Assembly: GCA_964035545.1 (NCBI GenBank)
Contig: OZ037768.1
Location: forward strand, 12,905,675 to 12,969,674
Source of the DNA: Bugula neritina
Taxonomy: Eukaryota > Animalia > Bryozoa
Direction of reading: 5' to 3'
Length of the DNA: 64,000 nt
This document shows, piece after piece, positions 1-15,300 of this stretch (position 1 is its first letter; every line of letters starts with the position of its first letter). The notes under the pieces are model-generated. The model had not been told where the DNA came from. It searched no databases and saw only the letters and a list, made by a program, of their open reading frames with translations. The position numbers were made by a program, and so were the translations under genes.

Positions 1-390
1 TTTAAATTCATTAGATCTCATGAATTGACTTCATGCAATTTTCTAAATTTTAATCTGTCACATAGTCGAAAATTTCTCACATATTAAATTTTAAAGTTAG
101 TAACCACTGCACTACTGCAGCTTTAGCATTGTTATGATATCACCTGCAAACCTGTTGACCTTCGAAAATATTGTTGATGTGTGTTGAATGTTTTTCCAGT
201 CTAAAAATAGCTGCAGCTGAAGCTAGCTTGTTCTACCAACTAAATGAGCAGTGATTGCTTAGCATAGTTTATTTGGTTGATCAGAATCTAAACAAACTGG
301 TGTAGGTTCTAACAATATTTTTTAGACAAGTATTTTGCAAATTATTAGGTTGAAGCATTGGATGCAGTGTTTATCTCATGTACATTGTAG

Positions 391-3300
391 TGTCTCGCTA
401 TGAACAGGCAGCATTACTGCAAGAAAGAGTAAGCATCAAACAGAAATGGCCAGCAGATACAGAAATAAACAATGATAAAGAAAATATTGTCATTGGATAC
501 ATCACATCTGGTGACGTCACCAACCGCCACCTGAGCAGGGAGGGAATTTTCTCCGAGCCACAGTCTTCGTTTTTCAATGATGGGGCGTTGACAGTAGCCT
601 TAGAGGAAATAAACAACCATACTGAAATACTGCCTAATCACAACGTAAGAGATACTATCTAGTAATTACAGCTGGAGAGCATTTTGTCTCATTGCCAATT
701 TTTGATCGAAAAGATTTAGTTTATGTTATCTTTATATAAAGCTGGCGCTTTAAACCAGTTTATTCTAGGAGACTGTTTTGAATAAATGCCATAAGCAAGC
801 AGGAAATTTACTAAGTTCTACCTAATCACCTATAATTGTTTAGATTTAAACATAAAACAATTAAACATCAATTGCTTTCTAGCTTTATTTTTTTTAAGTT
901 GATTGTATGATTTTTTCAATAGTTTGCAGTTTGAAAAGCTGTTGATCTCTGAATGTGATTACTCACTAATTGTTGAAACCTTGGCTAGAAGAGAGATTAA
1001 TAATATTAGTTTCGTGTTATTCAATTATCCTGTCTATTCCCACAGCTCCACCCAAATGTACCTATGATTGAACATGGTGAATGTTGTATTTTCAGCTCCA
1101 GGTATTAGTGGCAGAGACGAATGGATACAACGTCTTTAGTGTTACTCAAACATCACGACTATATCGCCAACATAATGTGTCAGCCATCATTGGCCCTCCA
1201 TTTTCTTGTGTATCCGAGGCCAAAATTGCTGGAATACTTGATCGGGCCATGATTTCATATGTGAGTATATATAAATGCATCATTGACTGATTGCATACAG
1301 AAAAAGTAATACAACTTATTTTTGCACTCAGTGTTTTAATACACAATTGTCATAAATTTCCCTGCACACTTATACTATGCACTGTTTAATATACAAATGT
1401 TTTACATATAATGGCAGCAAGACAATTAATTTACTGTCAAAAAGCATCAGAGTACTACAGATCATATACCATCTACATGTACCTCTGTATTACATTCTAA
1501 AATAGTTCTACATATTATAATGTCGTGTTAATAAGAAACATTTTCTATGTTATTTTTTTAATTAATTCTGTAATAGGATAGGCAATTTCACTAACCTAGA
1601 GCATTTTTACACACCATGGGTCAACTGCAAGCAACAAGTTAAAAAAAGTGCAGTAGTATAGAAATTTGTACTGTTGCTTCTTAAGTATGTTTATATTTGG
1701 CAACTCAACTTTCACAAAAATAATTAAGATGTCTTCCATGTCAGAGTTACATGATAATCTTACAATTTCCCTGTCAACACAATCATCAGGTTTTGTTTCA
1801 GTGTAGCTATTTTGACATGCTTTGACAAGTGGTATAGTAGCTTTTAGTGTCCAGTTCAACATCTCTAGAATATCTACTAAATTAGCATAAATTCAATTAA
1901 TGTGGGCAATAAAACTGACTTGGACAACCAATATGTTACACTGGTCTCTTTGAAATACAATGAGCGACAGGCACAATGACCCAGTACACAGATAGTTTGC
2001 ATAATGTTTAATTGATTTTCTTTAAATAGCTTTATGAACACCCGTGACAGAACAGACAATTTCTACTGTTGATTATTTGTAGTATTGTTCTGATGCTGAG
2101 GTGAGCAACAAGAAGGAATACCCAACATTTGCTCGAACTAAAAGCACGGATTCTACAGTCGCCACTTCCTTAATAAAACTCTTGAAACATTACAACTGGC
2201 TTAAAGTTACCATCATCACTGATGACTTTACTTTTACTGGCGCTGATTGGAAACCATTGACCCAAGAAATAAAACAGGTAAGCCATGCAGTTGCAATGAA
2301 TTCTTTTGTCATTATTACATCTTTTATTGTGATTCTACATCTGTTAATTATAAACGGCCCAGATATAAGACAAAGTTCACATTTCCACAATATTTAATTA
2401 TCATAGTTTTCCAAAAAAATTTTTCATTATGAAAATAAATGTTTGAGCTATGCAATGCCTAAAAACATAATATTTTGTCATTAATAAGCAAAAAATTTAA
2501 AATATAACAACGACTTGGCTAAAATCAAAGCCTATAATCAAGCCTATATAAAGCCTGCGAGTAATTATTGCTTGTCACATTACAGTAGTTGTTCATAGTG
2601 CACATAATTTTTTTAAAGTTCTGAAGATGATGATTTTAACAGATGTTTGATAGTCATCACAAAGAGGTGTGCATTTAAATGTTGAGTATGTCACTGATGG
2701 TTACCACTTGATGATAATAATAGAATTTCAAACAGTGGATAAGGTGCTGTAACATCAATTTTAATTTTTAAGCATTTTTTCAATAGTAATAATTTTTATG
2801 CATTTCAAGTACGATATATAAAGTTGAATTGGTAAATAGCAATCGGATGAAAATATTTTGTAATTTTTTAAAACATACACAACATTTTCCAATAAAAATG
2901 CACTAAGTAGATTTACATGTACAATTAATTACTATTTCATTACATGTTTTAAGCAACGTGTATATGCTTAAACTAGTTACAAATATTTGAAAACTTGAAG
3001 AGAAATGCATGCACAAACACACACTCACACTCATACTCGCACTCACACACACACACACACACATATAATATATATATATTATAGATGGGTGGAAAAATGC
3101 AATTATACTGTATAATAACACCATTGTTAAAAATTCCTTTTAGCCATTGAGAATTAAAACAACCAGGCTGTGGGCTACCAGGTTAAACAATAAATAAAAA
3201 TGTGGACAGCTCAATATTATATAAATACATGTAATTGATGCAAATTAGGCCTGAGTCCTCCAATAAACAACCTTTCTCTAATCACCAATTATATAAATTT

Positions 3301-6300
3301 ACCACACACATGTATGTTTCCAATGTTTCTTTTGGTAAAAATGATTTAAATATGTCAAACCTCTCAGCCTCTAATAATTGTGTCTTAGAACATTTTAATG
3401 CTACCGCAAGTAGAAAGGGATGTGAATTAAAAACTAAAATGTTTACCCTATTAAAGTTTAAATGTACAGTAATTAACACCTTATTACCCTTAATAAATAA
3501 AATAATTATATGAAAAAATATTTAAATCAATTTTTAGCCATGGAAAGCCTCGAGCCAATATTATATTTTCATGATTAATTTCAATCATTCTACCAGCATA
3601 TATTAGACTTATAAATTTATATCCATAAAGTTTTTAAATATTTCCTAACTTGAGGCCAGCTGTCACATTACGAAAATGAACCAGGTTTTGTTGTGATTTA
3701 TCACTAAATTTATTACTAGAAGCACTATTAGGTACAACCAAGTCTAACATATTAAAAGTTTGCTAGAAGCTTGCTTATTGTCACAATGCTGTATTCAGTA
3801 AATTAGCAGATGAATGTATTGTTCAACTCTCGTCTTAAGTCAATTCTTGTAAAAATTAAAATAATTGAGCTAAAATTTTTTATAATTATAACAATTTTGA
3901 GTTTTATATATTTTAAATTTTAAACACCCACAAATAAGTTTACCAGCAATTAAGATTCTATTTGAATAATTTTGAAGCATTAAAATGAAAAAAAATTATG
4001 TGCAATTAAAAAAACAATTGCCAAAAAGTTTTAAAAATTTAACAAAAACGAAGTAAAGCATATATTTCAATTAGCTATGACTACAAAATGATAATTGGCT
4101 AAAAATATTGCTTATTTTTCTCTTCCTGCCATCAACAGGCAGTTGTTTCATGATTGTTATATAAATTATAGAAACTGAATCAAACTCATTTCAGCATAGC
4201 AACTTTTTTATTAGCTTAAAGTTATACTGACACACCTTGACAATTAGATGGCAAGTTGTAATGGATTTCCACCTCAAACTGTTTTGTTACCAGTAATCAA
4301 TAAGGTGAATTTATTTTTGTTATCTTTGGCAAATTCTAAAATCCTTTTATGTCAATGATCATTGTTATTGGTGTGAACTCATAAATATTAACTTATTATT
4401 TAAGTTCCACTGTTTAAAATGTAAATGCTTATGCAAATTAGATTGGAACGCACTATAAACACATGTAGGGTGCTAAAATTGGTTTTGATATGCAATATCC
4501 AGTCTTGAGCATTATACCTCCCAAGTTTAAAAGTTACCAAATAAATTAATTTTAAGCACATGTGACTAATCGTAATTTAAACTGTGTGTTAATATAACTT
4601 GCTGCAATATCAACTATGTGTTGCTTATGAAGATTGCCATGTTTAAAGAAATTGTCTTGAGATAATTTTACAAAAGTTGGCCACCAAGATATTGCATAGC
4701 ATTTAATGAGATCTGTTCTCATTTTGCTGTTGCTTGTAAATATTTTGCCTTGGCAGTTGTGAACAACATTAAAAAAATTGAAGTTAAAATAAACCCTTAT
4801 ACACTCATATTATATATTTATATATAGAAAATTATTATCACTTTGTTGCAATTCCTTCCAATATATAAATGGACAAGTTTATCAGATATTAGTAAGTTGG
4901 TAACAGGATGATGCATGTTTTATAGTCACAAAAGAGTTCTTTACATTCTGGAATACGACATAATGTAATCAACTAGCCTATTGAATGTGTACTGCTACAT
5001 AAATGACAGGCTCTCACAAATCCTATGGTGATAATTACATGCATAATATTTATTTCAAGGTCACCATATTTAAGAACCCATGATACTCGCTATTTTTAAA
5101 CAATCAACTTTTTATTCAAGAAAGATTCTTATAGAATGTTTTATGTAAGACAGTTTCTGCAGCGTAATTTCTTTGTAGCAATTGGAGTCACATAACATCA
5201 CTGTGATAAGAGAAATCTCTTTCAACTTGTATTACTTTGAATGGGCACACACAAAGAGCAAAGAGTTTAATGTACTAGTTGACGATTTGAAAGTCAATTC
5301 TCGAAGTAAGTGTAACATTTTGTTTTCATCTGTAATTAATGAGGATGGCAAATGGTCGACTTACAATAAGCATAATTTTTATATAGAATGCTGTAAAAAT
5401 AATATTAATATGTCATTTGGTATGCTTTAAAAAAGATTTTTTTTCTAAATGTATTTTGAATTGCAATATACGTATGTTGCCAGTTCATTCATAGATATAA
5501 TACTATATGCTTAAATAATAAATTTCTAAAGACTTGCTTTGGTAAAACAGTAATAAGTAAATGATAAACCTTTTATGTTCATTATTGAAAAAAATTATGT
5601 ATGTTTCAGCATATCAAGTTTACCAGAATGCAGACTATGTAATTAATACAAAGTAATAATTTATTTAAATTTTGATTATATAATGACATTTTGCACTTAT
5701 GTAATGCCATAAAATTGTGATAAGTCATGTATGTTGATTAGTTTTTAATTAATTAACAGATAAAGTAGATATAGACCTCACATATAATATGTAATAGTAT
5801 TTTTAATATAATATTATTACGTAAATTGCTATTTAAATAAATTAATTCATCTAGTGCTTATAGCGCTTGTTTTAGTTCAAGTAGTTTGAATTTTCATTTG
5901 CCTCTCTTAGTCATAGTATTCATCGGGGATACTCGGGGAGCCTCAGCCTTGACGTTTGCCATGGGTGAAAGGGGACTTCTTCAAAATGGAGAGTATTTCA
6001 TAATAAATGTTGACACTAGTGACCCTTATGATGTTGACAAACCTGACAAGAAAACTAAACGTAAGATTTTATACCTAAAAATAACCAATTATAAAATATA
6101 GTGTTTGAGTAACTGAAATTAAAACAGTTATATGTTTTCTAATTTTATCACAAAATATTGCGACGAATCTGTAACAGCTTTGAAAAAATTTCATGTTCAT
6201 TACAAACTTTTAACTCAATTAAATTGATATGATTAGCTTTACTCAAACACTTAACAAATGTTATACTGAAGAAATACTTATATACCAATTGCAACTTAAT

Positions 6301-9300
6301 AGATAAGAAAAGCTATAACAAATATTGAGTAACAAAGCAAGACTTTGGGTTTATATAGGTTAATTAAAAAGCATAATCCTGAACAAGAAACTTGTTTTAA
6401 TTACGCATTCAATTTAGCAGATATTATTGTTACCAATAAATAACCATATCAGTCTATAATTACTTGGTAACATTTAGAAACATTTAATAATGTTCTCTTG
6501 GCATTATAAAACATAAATCTCAGGCAGTCAGAAGTTATTAAGTAAGTTGACATTTTTGGCAATACCTTGTGATGCAGTGTGATGGTGGTGTTAGTTTCCA
6601 TAAATTGAATGTGCCATTTTCAAGATTGCACTGAGATAATATTGTATTAATTCAGTCGTCCTTTTATCATTTTTTCATATGTATTACATTTAAATTTCCT
6701 TTGAGCATTGATTTGAAAAGCAATCTTGCTTTCAACTACACATTATACATGCATACATATATATAATATTATATATAATATATAAAATTATATGTGTAAA
6801 TATATATATATATATTTATATATTTTATATATCATATATATATATATTTCTTCTTTTAATTTAAGGATTCAAACCTCACATACAATAGTGAATTTTTTAA
6901 AAAAAATGCTTTTGTATAAAATATATTATTATCTATAAACTATATTTTAGTGTATACAGGTATACTATAATGTATATAGCCCATCATTACTAAGCGGGTT
7001 ATTGTTATAAATATTTTATTAGTTCTTAAAGAATTATTTTTTTCATGCATGTCTTACTTCTTCAGTATGTTGGGATCGAACTGGACAAACCAAATGTGGT
7101 GAGTTTGCACAAGCTGCAAAAGCAACCTTCCTCAACACCAATACACCTCGGTTTTCCTGCTTTTTATGACCTTTTTTACAATTACACTGTATATTCCCTA
7201 CCATGCGCTATTATTCAATTTTTCCTACCTTTTTCTTTTGTGTCTTGTGTGTGTTTGTCGAGTGTCCCGAGTGTAGCTTTAGATTAGCCAATCAGAAGAC
7301 AGATATACTTTCTGACTATCGACCTGCTTGTTAACAATAGCCTCCCGTTATCTCTACCTCTCCTTCTCCTTATTTTACAGTTATTCCCAGTAGTATATAT
7401 ATTCTGCATGTTTTTCTTTCTTGCTATAGTCAAACCCAGCGCTCAAGGTGTAAGGGCTGTAAAGTGGCTGTTGGTCTTGCAACATATTGCTTCACATCAC
7501 TATTTTAGACGGCTACCTGTATAAACATACTTCCTGTATAACCTGCACACATCTTCCACATATGTCAGCCTTTGTTGCCATCAATAAAGATTTTGGCTAC
7601 AGAAACCATGTAAAAATGTATTGCCTTTAACAATTGGATCCATTCACCACAAATCCCTTACGGTTATCAATGATTCAACCTCTTGTCATAAATAACTAAC
7701 CTTGAGATTTGATTTTTGATTAATACAAGTTTCATGTCCTGACAATTGCAATAATGTGTTGTAGTGTTTTGCCCACTGGCCGGATGTACGAGTACTTATT
7801 GTATACAAGTATACAATTTGCAAAACTTGTTAGATAATTCCGGTTTTTTAGTTAGAAAAGACTAACACAGAATTTAACCTAACAGTACATAATATATATG
7901 TGCTGTTGTAATATTCCACTTCCAAAAGTCTGATTGCCTATATATGTCTATATTATTTAGCACAACTATAACATTATTGGCAATATCAAATGATAAAAAC
8001 CTTTTTTATCAGCTTTTATTCCCTTGTCAGTAGTGTAACTATTACTTTCAAAGTTTAGCATTTTTATGGTTTACATTTCAGTTTCAGATATTTTAATATG
8101 AATGGTTTCTGGTTTTAGATGCTGAACAGAAAATATTTACAATGTTTCGTATGATTTTTGCTTGTTAACTTTAAAAGTAACTGAATTAAACATTATTGCA
8201 ATAAATTATGATTCAAGGCCAGTGTTGCAGAGCAAAATTAGTGTAGCGTGTCAGTTTCAAATTTATTATGTAACTGCCCTAAATCTATGACATAAAATTG
8301 ACAATTAGAATGACTTAAATAAATTTCTCAAAATGACTACAGTTAATACCTTTTAACTATGATTGAAATCATAAAATTATAGTTTTTGCAAACAGAAGTA
8401 TGATTTGCAAAATTTTGCTTTTTATTGGATTCTATACTGCTTCAATTGCAATTAGCTCCTAAGCAAGTATCCAAAACACTTATAGCAAAGAAGTGACCCA
8501 CCCACTGAGCAAAGTGCTCAAATGTGACATTGGGACCTTATATTCTACATCTGCACACATTTGCCGCATATGCAGAATTACTCAAGTTCATTGAAGTTTA
8601 TACAAGAATAAACAGATTTATTTTTTTATCTATTGTAGAAGTATTTGAGCAAAACGATCAAATGTCTCTGTATTTCCGAAACATGGCAGCAATCATGCGA
8701 TCTCACCCAATTGATCCAAACTTTAAAGATTTCAATGTGAAAGTTCAGAAAAAATGCCAGGAGCCTCCATTTAACTATGGCCGACGCCATGAAGACAGAG
8801 TTGTGAGTGAACTTTTGATCATATTAGTCTGTTTTGTTGACCGCATGACATTGAAAACACATGGGTGGCCTTCTTTGTCGCTGATTCACAAAAATTTGAT
8901 AACCTATTAATCTAGATTCTGGTTTTGGAGGGAAAACATAAAATTATTTTTACCAAATTATTCATTTGGCTGTTTTTGAGGCTTACCTTAAGATCGATGA
9001 TTTTTGAATGTTAATTTTACATAACACCAGCGCTTAAAGTAATTATTTTCCAATCTAACTTGGCAATGCAATTTATTATTATATCTATCGCTCTCACTAC
9101 TTGAATCAACTTTTATGTGAATTACTCTAAGATTACTTTTGTTGATGGTTATATAACAAGGCAAATTTAAATAATTATTGCATTTTATTCTATTTTGTTC
9201 CGGTAAACTAGATGTATATGCTCTATTATTGTAGTGTGTATATGCATATATGTATGTGTTGAAATCCCATTAATCTAAATGAAAGCCTAATTTTCACATT

Positions 9301-12300
9301 TTTTATATTTGTTTCTATTGCTTAAACTAATGTTCTAATAATGACTTCTAACCTCCTTTATGTTCATCATGCACACCCAAGTGTTATTTTCCCTCTCTAC
9401 TTACTCAGTGTGTCAAACATTTTTATAACCTTTAAATATAGAAAGGTCAACTGATTATTTTCAACAATGCTAGAAATACTTTGTTACAATAAATAAACTC
9501 ACGTAGGCTTATTGTCGCCAACCCTGTGAGAACTGCTGATATGAAGGTGTGGGTTATTAAGACTTATTTCTATTGTACGTAAAAAACAATCATGACAGAA
9601 TATCCTTTCTATAGTATCACCAATAGCTTTTACTGGGATTCGAACCATGATCTTGCATAATAAGTCAGTGCTCCAACCACTGGACCACAGATGCTTCCTG
9701 AAAACCTTTTGTTACCATAGCTTTCTATAAAAAAGTTATCAATTAATGATTAATTTTAGCTGGATGTAAAACTAGATATGGCTGCCAGCATATATGATGC
9801 AACATATGTACTAGCTCGGGCTTTGGATAATGTTATTAAAAACAATGGCAGCATTTATGATGGTGTGCAAGTTTACAACAGCATGAAAAGCAGACAATAT
9901 AGAAGTAAGTTTACCAAATTGTCTTTTGTTGAATTCAACTGAGTTAATCAATTCCTAGAAATGATGTGCAACTGTAAATTTATTATATATAGCATGACGC
10001 TGTCATGCTTTTTAAAGAGTGGGGTTGCGAATATAAATGTTTGATACATTTGTGCTTGTATGTTTTTGCCGATAAAAGCAACTCGTAATTTTGCTTCAAA
10101 AATCACTTAAAAGCAGTTGAAATGGATTAAATTAAAATGCAGCATATTACTCATTATAGTTTGTGTTAAAGTTTAAGCTATTAAACAAAATCATCTTGAA
10201 GTCATTTAAAATTTGAAAACTTGGCATTTAGGTAAAATGGGTTACGACCTATATATAACTGATGATGGAGACTCGTTGGGTAGCTATACACTTTACCAAA
10301 GCAGAGAATCAGCTTCAAACAGCAGCAAACTAAACGTGGGCATATACCCTGTGGCCCTCTTCAACACCACCCAGACTAACACTGCCAGACTCCCAGTAAG
10401 ATAACATATTATTATTAATTATTAGCAGCTAGCAACAAGATTAAAATCAATTTTTTTCAACACAACAATAGGAAATTAGTACAGGCTTATGTAATTGAAT
10501 ATGTGATTAAAGCGAAGTTTGCAGTACCTTCTCTTATGCATCACAATGATTGGAAGCATTCTTTATCAAGATTACTTCAGATTAACATTGTTTTACATTA
10601 TAGTATAACATTCTTTTCCAGTCTATGGAGTTCCTCACGCCAGCTGGAGGGTTGCTGTTTATAAATGGTAAGCCACCAAAGTATGAGCCAGAGTGTGGAT
10701 TCCACGGCGAGCTTTGCCCTCAACAACCATCAACTCTCAACACAAGTAATTATTACCACACAAATAAGCTTCCATTGTCCAATGACCTTGATTTATTTGT
10801 TATGAAAAAAATGCTTGTGCTTATAGAGCATGACTGGCAGCTGACTGCATTTAGCTGTGATTTTCAAAGATTTAAAGATTTATTTATTATTGGTTTAATA
10901 GATTTCACTAAATATAATATTATATTAGATTTTATGTTGAATACTTTGTAATGTTTTAGAAACAATAGTGGCCTTAGCGATATCCATGTCGATTCTTGGT
11001 GTAGCCATCATCATATCATTGCCCATCTACTTTTTCCACAAAAGAAGATGCAGGTCTGAAGAATACTTTAGTTTATTACTAATCAATCATAAAGACATTA
11101 TTGATGACCCTAAAGGCAAGCCACCACTCTTCATGAATAAGGTAAATGCATAATGCTTCAAGGTAAATACTATTGTCCCAAGGTGAATGTATATTGCCTT
11201 ATACCCATCTCCTATGCTACTCGGTGTTTTAACTGAAGTAAAAGTAATCATGCAGCTTTTAGCTGGTCAAATAATTTATTTGGTAGATGGTTAGACAGTA
11301 TTTAAGCATATTTAAAAGTTGGAATTAAATTGAGGAAGCAATTATTTACTGTCTATGTAAACATGACATCGAGCTAAAGTCTGTTTCTCAAGACTAAGTA
11401 TTCTACTGCTCCTGTAAAGAAGTTTTTTTATTGAGTGGCCTTGAGATATGGTTGCTCAGTGGCAGGCCTACAAGTACAGCAGTAAAAGTTATCAACACAT
11501 TGCTGTGAACATGCTGAGCCAATCAAAACACTCCTAAAAATGGTACCACAAAAGCTCTGTTTAGAAAGAAACTGTTTATTTTACAAATGTAACTATTTTT
11601 ACACTGCACTCTTGTTAAACTAATGCAAAACATTACTATTTAATGAGAAAACTGTGCATATAAACATTAAGGGTTTTTGTAATAACCACCTGGTGCCATC
11701 TCTCTAAAGTTGGTAGAACATACTGAGTATGAATTACAGTACCAGTCTGTCCTATTGTAAAAGGGGGTGTAATGATCATATATTAGTTAGAAACAACTTG
11801 AACTGCAACATAGCATTCTTACTCAAGTTTTTTATGTGAATAATAATGCCTTTAATCCCTTATGTAACTCCAGGTTTTGATTTCATAATTGAAAAACTTA
11901 ATAATTTGCAAGGCATGTTTGGAAGGCAAATAAATTAAAATGCAAAATTATTTGATGTCATAATGTTCAACCATTGAGAGTTGTGTTGGAATGTTTTTCT
12001 AGGTGTCGCACTCGGCGATGAACCCACAGTGGTCATGGAGTTCACTAGCCTCTGTGGCACATGAGTCTATTAGAGGTCACACAAAGATCTCTTCATATAA
12101 AGGACAGCCTGTAGCTGTAAAAAGAATCAACAAAAAGTCAGTGGACATGAACCAGGAGATCAGGAAAGAGCTGAGACTGGTATGTTGAATTGAGACTTGA
12201 AATTTTAGTTCAAAACAAAATATTGTATAAATATATGTAAGTTATTGCAAGTTAATTGACCACAGACCATAAATTTTTTTTATTACCAACATTATACAAT

Positions 12301-15300
12301 TATCACAGATATATCCCAAACTGCAGTGCTGCAAGCTACAAATTTAGTAACTCAACTAGTGAAAATGTTTCATGCCCATAATTCTGACTCCACTGTTGGA
12401 GTTTATATATATATATTTATGAACTTCAAGTTTATTTTGGCAGCTGTTTTTAGACCTGGCAGCGTTTTAGATTATTAAGCAAAATGGAAAGTGTGCTGTT
12501 TTCATTTTCATTTACCAAAAATAGCCAAGTGTTAGTCAAGTTTGAATATTGTGCAGTTGTACCATATCCTGTCTAGGCAAAACGCTGCCAAATAAAAAGG
12601 TGCCAAAGTCAATATGTGGAATCACACCATTTCTAATTGTGAATTGTACTAGAGATGTTTCTAGCTTGAAAATAAAGCGAGAATAGGGCTACATTTCATT
12701 ATTCAGCAGGTCTACTGCTGCAGTTTTTATATCAGATTAATAAAACCTAAATAAATCCAAAACTCCTATTTCATAGCTATTCTTTTAGGCAGTGATAGTC
12801 CATCTTCAAAACAAATAAAATATGCTTAGCTAAATTAGTACTTCTAAGGTAGTGATTCTGTTTCAACTCATGTGCTCACATATTGCAGTTGAAAAATGTT
12901 CGACATCCAAACCTTGTGGGCTTTATTGGAGCTTGCATAGAGCCGGGCCACATCTACACTCTCTCCGAATACTGCAACAAAGGAAATCTGCAGGTATACA
13001 TCCTGGTTACTCTGGTGATTCATTCACTTTCATAAAATCACCATGAAAGGCAACTTATCCAATGATTTAAATACATTCTATGAAATCATTTCCCCAAGTA
13101 CGAGTATTATATAGTGTAGATAGTTTTACTTTATACATTCCCTAAAGCATTCTAATGAGCTAATGCTATGAAAACCTGTTGCTATGTTACAGGACATTTT
13201 AGAAAACACAGAGGTGCAGCTGGATACCATATTCATAGCATCTTTGATCTTTGATATAATTCAGGTATAACATCAAATTTTCTTTGTTTTTATTGTTTTT
13301 TTGTGTCTTAATTTTCAATTTTTTGCTTTCAAAAATAGTTGAATGAGATATTCATACCTTGACCTGTATAAGTATTCACTAGATGTTATTAAAATTTTAG
13401 CTCGGTTAGGATTGCATAAAATTACAATATTAATTTATGCTTATTATTCAATGTTAGAAGGATAGATTATTATTTACGGCATTACTATAAATACATAAAT
13501 GCAGCCGGAGTGTCATTATGCTATTTTATAATGCAGGGAATGACCTTTCTACACGAATCAGATATTCATTTTCATGGGTCACTCCGGTCAACAAATTGTG
13601 TAATCGATAGCCGATGGGCAGTTAAACTTACCGGTTACGGACTTCATCACTTCCGAGAAGGAGAGGTAAAGCCAGATCCAAGTGTCGACTATGTAGCACT
13701 CACATGTAAGTAATAAGTTAAAATCTGTATAAACTTTCAATAGCACTAATTTATTACTTTTAGCACTTGATGCAAACTATTTTAACTAATTTGAAATAGG
13801 TAATGTAAGACTACTGTAGTCAGTATATTAAAAGCAACATGTTCAACAATTATTATAAGTGTCGATTTATGTTTCAGCCAAAATTATTTCTCAAACTTTG
13901 TAGATAAAAAACTTTTAGTAAAATAAAAAGTAAAAACTCACAAAATAACAGATTGAGCTAGTTTCATTTCAAGCTCCTAACACATGTGGTCTTGGGGGAA
14001 AAAATTGCAACGTTTAAGTATATAAATTTTAGATCAATTGTGGGATTCTCCAGAATTTTTGAGACAAGAAAAGATGAAGAATTATGTGCAGTTTATGCAA
14101 AGAGCTGATGTCTACTCATTCGCTATCGTCATGTTTGAAATCTGTGGAAGACTTGGTCCATTCGGAACTTTCCACAATGAGTTAGACAACGAAGGTAGGC
14201 TTTAATCAAATAATTTAGAAATAGCTTCACATTAGTCAACTCTATCTATGCATTTCAGGCAGTTTATTTAACTTTTTTATGCTATTTGATAGAAATACTG
14301 GAACGAGTGAAAAGAGGAGGAGATTTACCTTTTCGACCAAGAATTGGTGATTTGGCTGAGCGATATGATACTTATGTAACTGATTTACTAAAGGATTGTT
14401 GGAGTGAAAACCCAATTGAGAGGCCTTCTTTTAAGGCAATACAAGTGAGACTGAAACCATTGCAGAAAGGAATGTAAGTTAAACTAATGTTTATAAACTA
14501 TAGTGGTACAATATGACCATGTAATGTATATATTATGCTTGTGCAGAAAAATTGAAGGTACCAAATATCTTTTGATCTAAGTTGAATTGTATACATGCAC
14601 TATATCAAGGAAAATTTAATTTCTTTTACAGTACCTTATACCTACAAAACCCAACTAGGTACGGACTGTTGTACTGGCTGTGTAAATTGTTGAAACAAAT
14701 ATTTTTAAAAGCTTGAATTGTCGAATTTCTGTATTGACTTTCTGTACACAAATAAGCCGGATCAAGGTTTTTGTTAGAGAAAACTTGCTAATCATGCTTT
14801 TTTATTATACAATGTGGATATTTTAATGGCTAGTGTAATGTTATTGGCCGATTTTAAATTATTTAGAAAAGTGTCATATTCTAGTACCAGCTACATGTAA
14901 TTATTATGCAAATTATTTTTCGTGGAAACAAGAACCCTTTTATATTTCCAATAGCCTGTTTAGACCTGTATATTTTACTGAATTTAGTTGTCAGCAATAT
15001 ATTATAGTTCAGTGTAGGCAAATAGAAATTAGTATTGTTAGAAAATAAAACATTAAATAAATTTAGGTAGAAGCATATTTGTATTTAAACAAAACAATTA
15101 GTTGATGATTGTATATTACCTATATTATACTATACGGAAAATTGTGTTTTAACAGGAAAAGACAACTCTTAGATAATGTCATATCGAATATGGAGAAATA
15201 TGCCAAGAATCTTGAAGACATAGTTTCTGATAGAACTCAAAAGCTAGCTGAAGAAAAAGCCAAAACCGACGAGCTCCTTCACAAAATGCTGCCCAAGTAT

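Noticed and set aside
7045-7287. 80-aa ORF in a guanylyl cyclase intron
   Set aside because: Not needed for frame continuity (6060 joins 8639 in phase) and shows no family motifs.
9632-9695. Possible tRNA gene (also a weaker tRNA-like stretch near 23525-23582)
   Set aside because: A and B boxes are present but acceptor and anticodon stems do not pair; better explained as SINE heads.
12852-13046. 64-aa ORF in the track
   Set aside because: Wrong frame; the real exon 12889-12993 encodes [16 protein letters not shown] in another frame.
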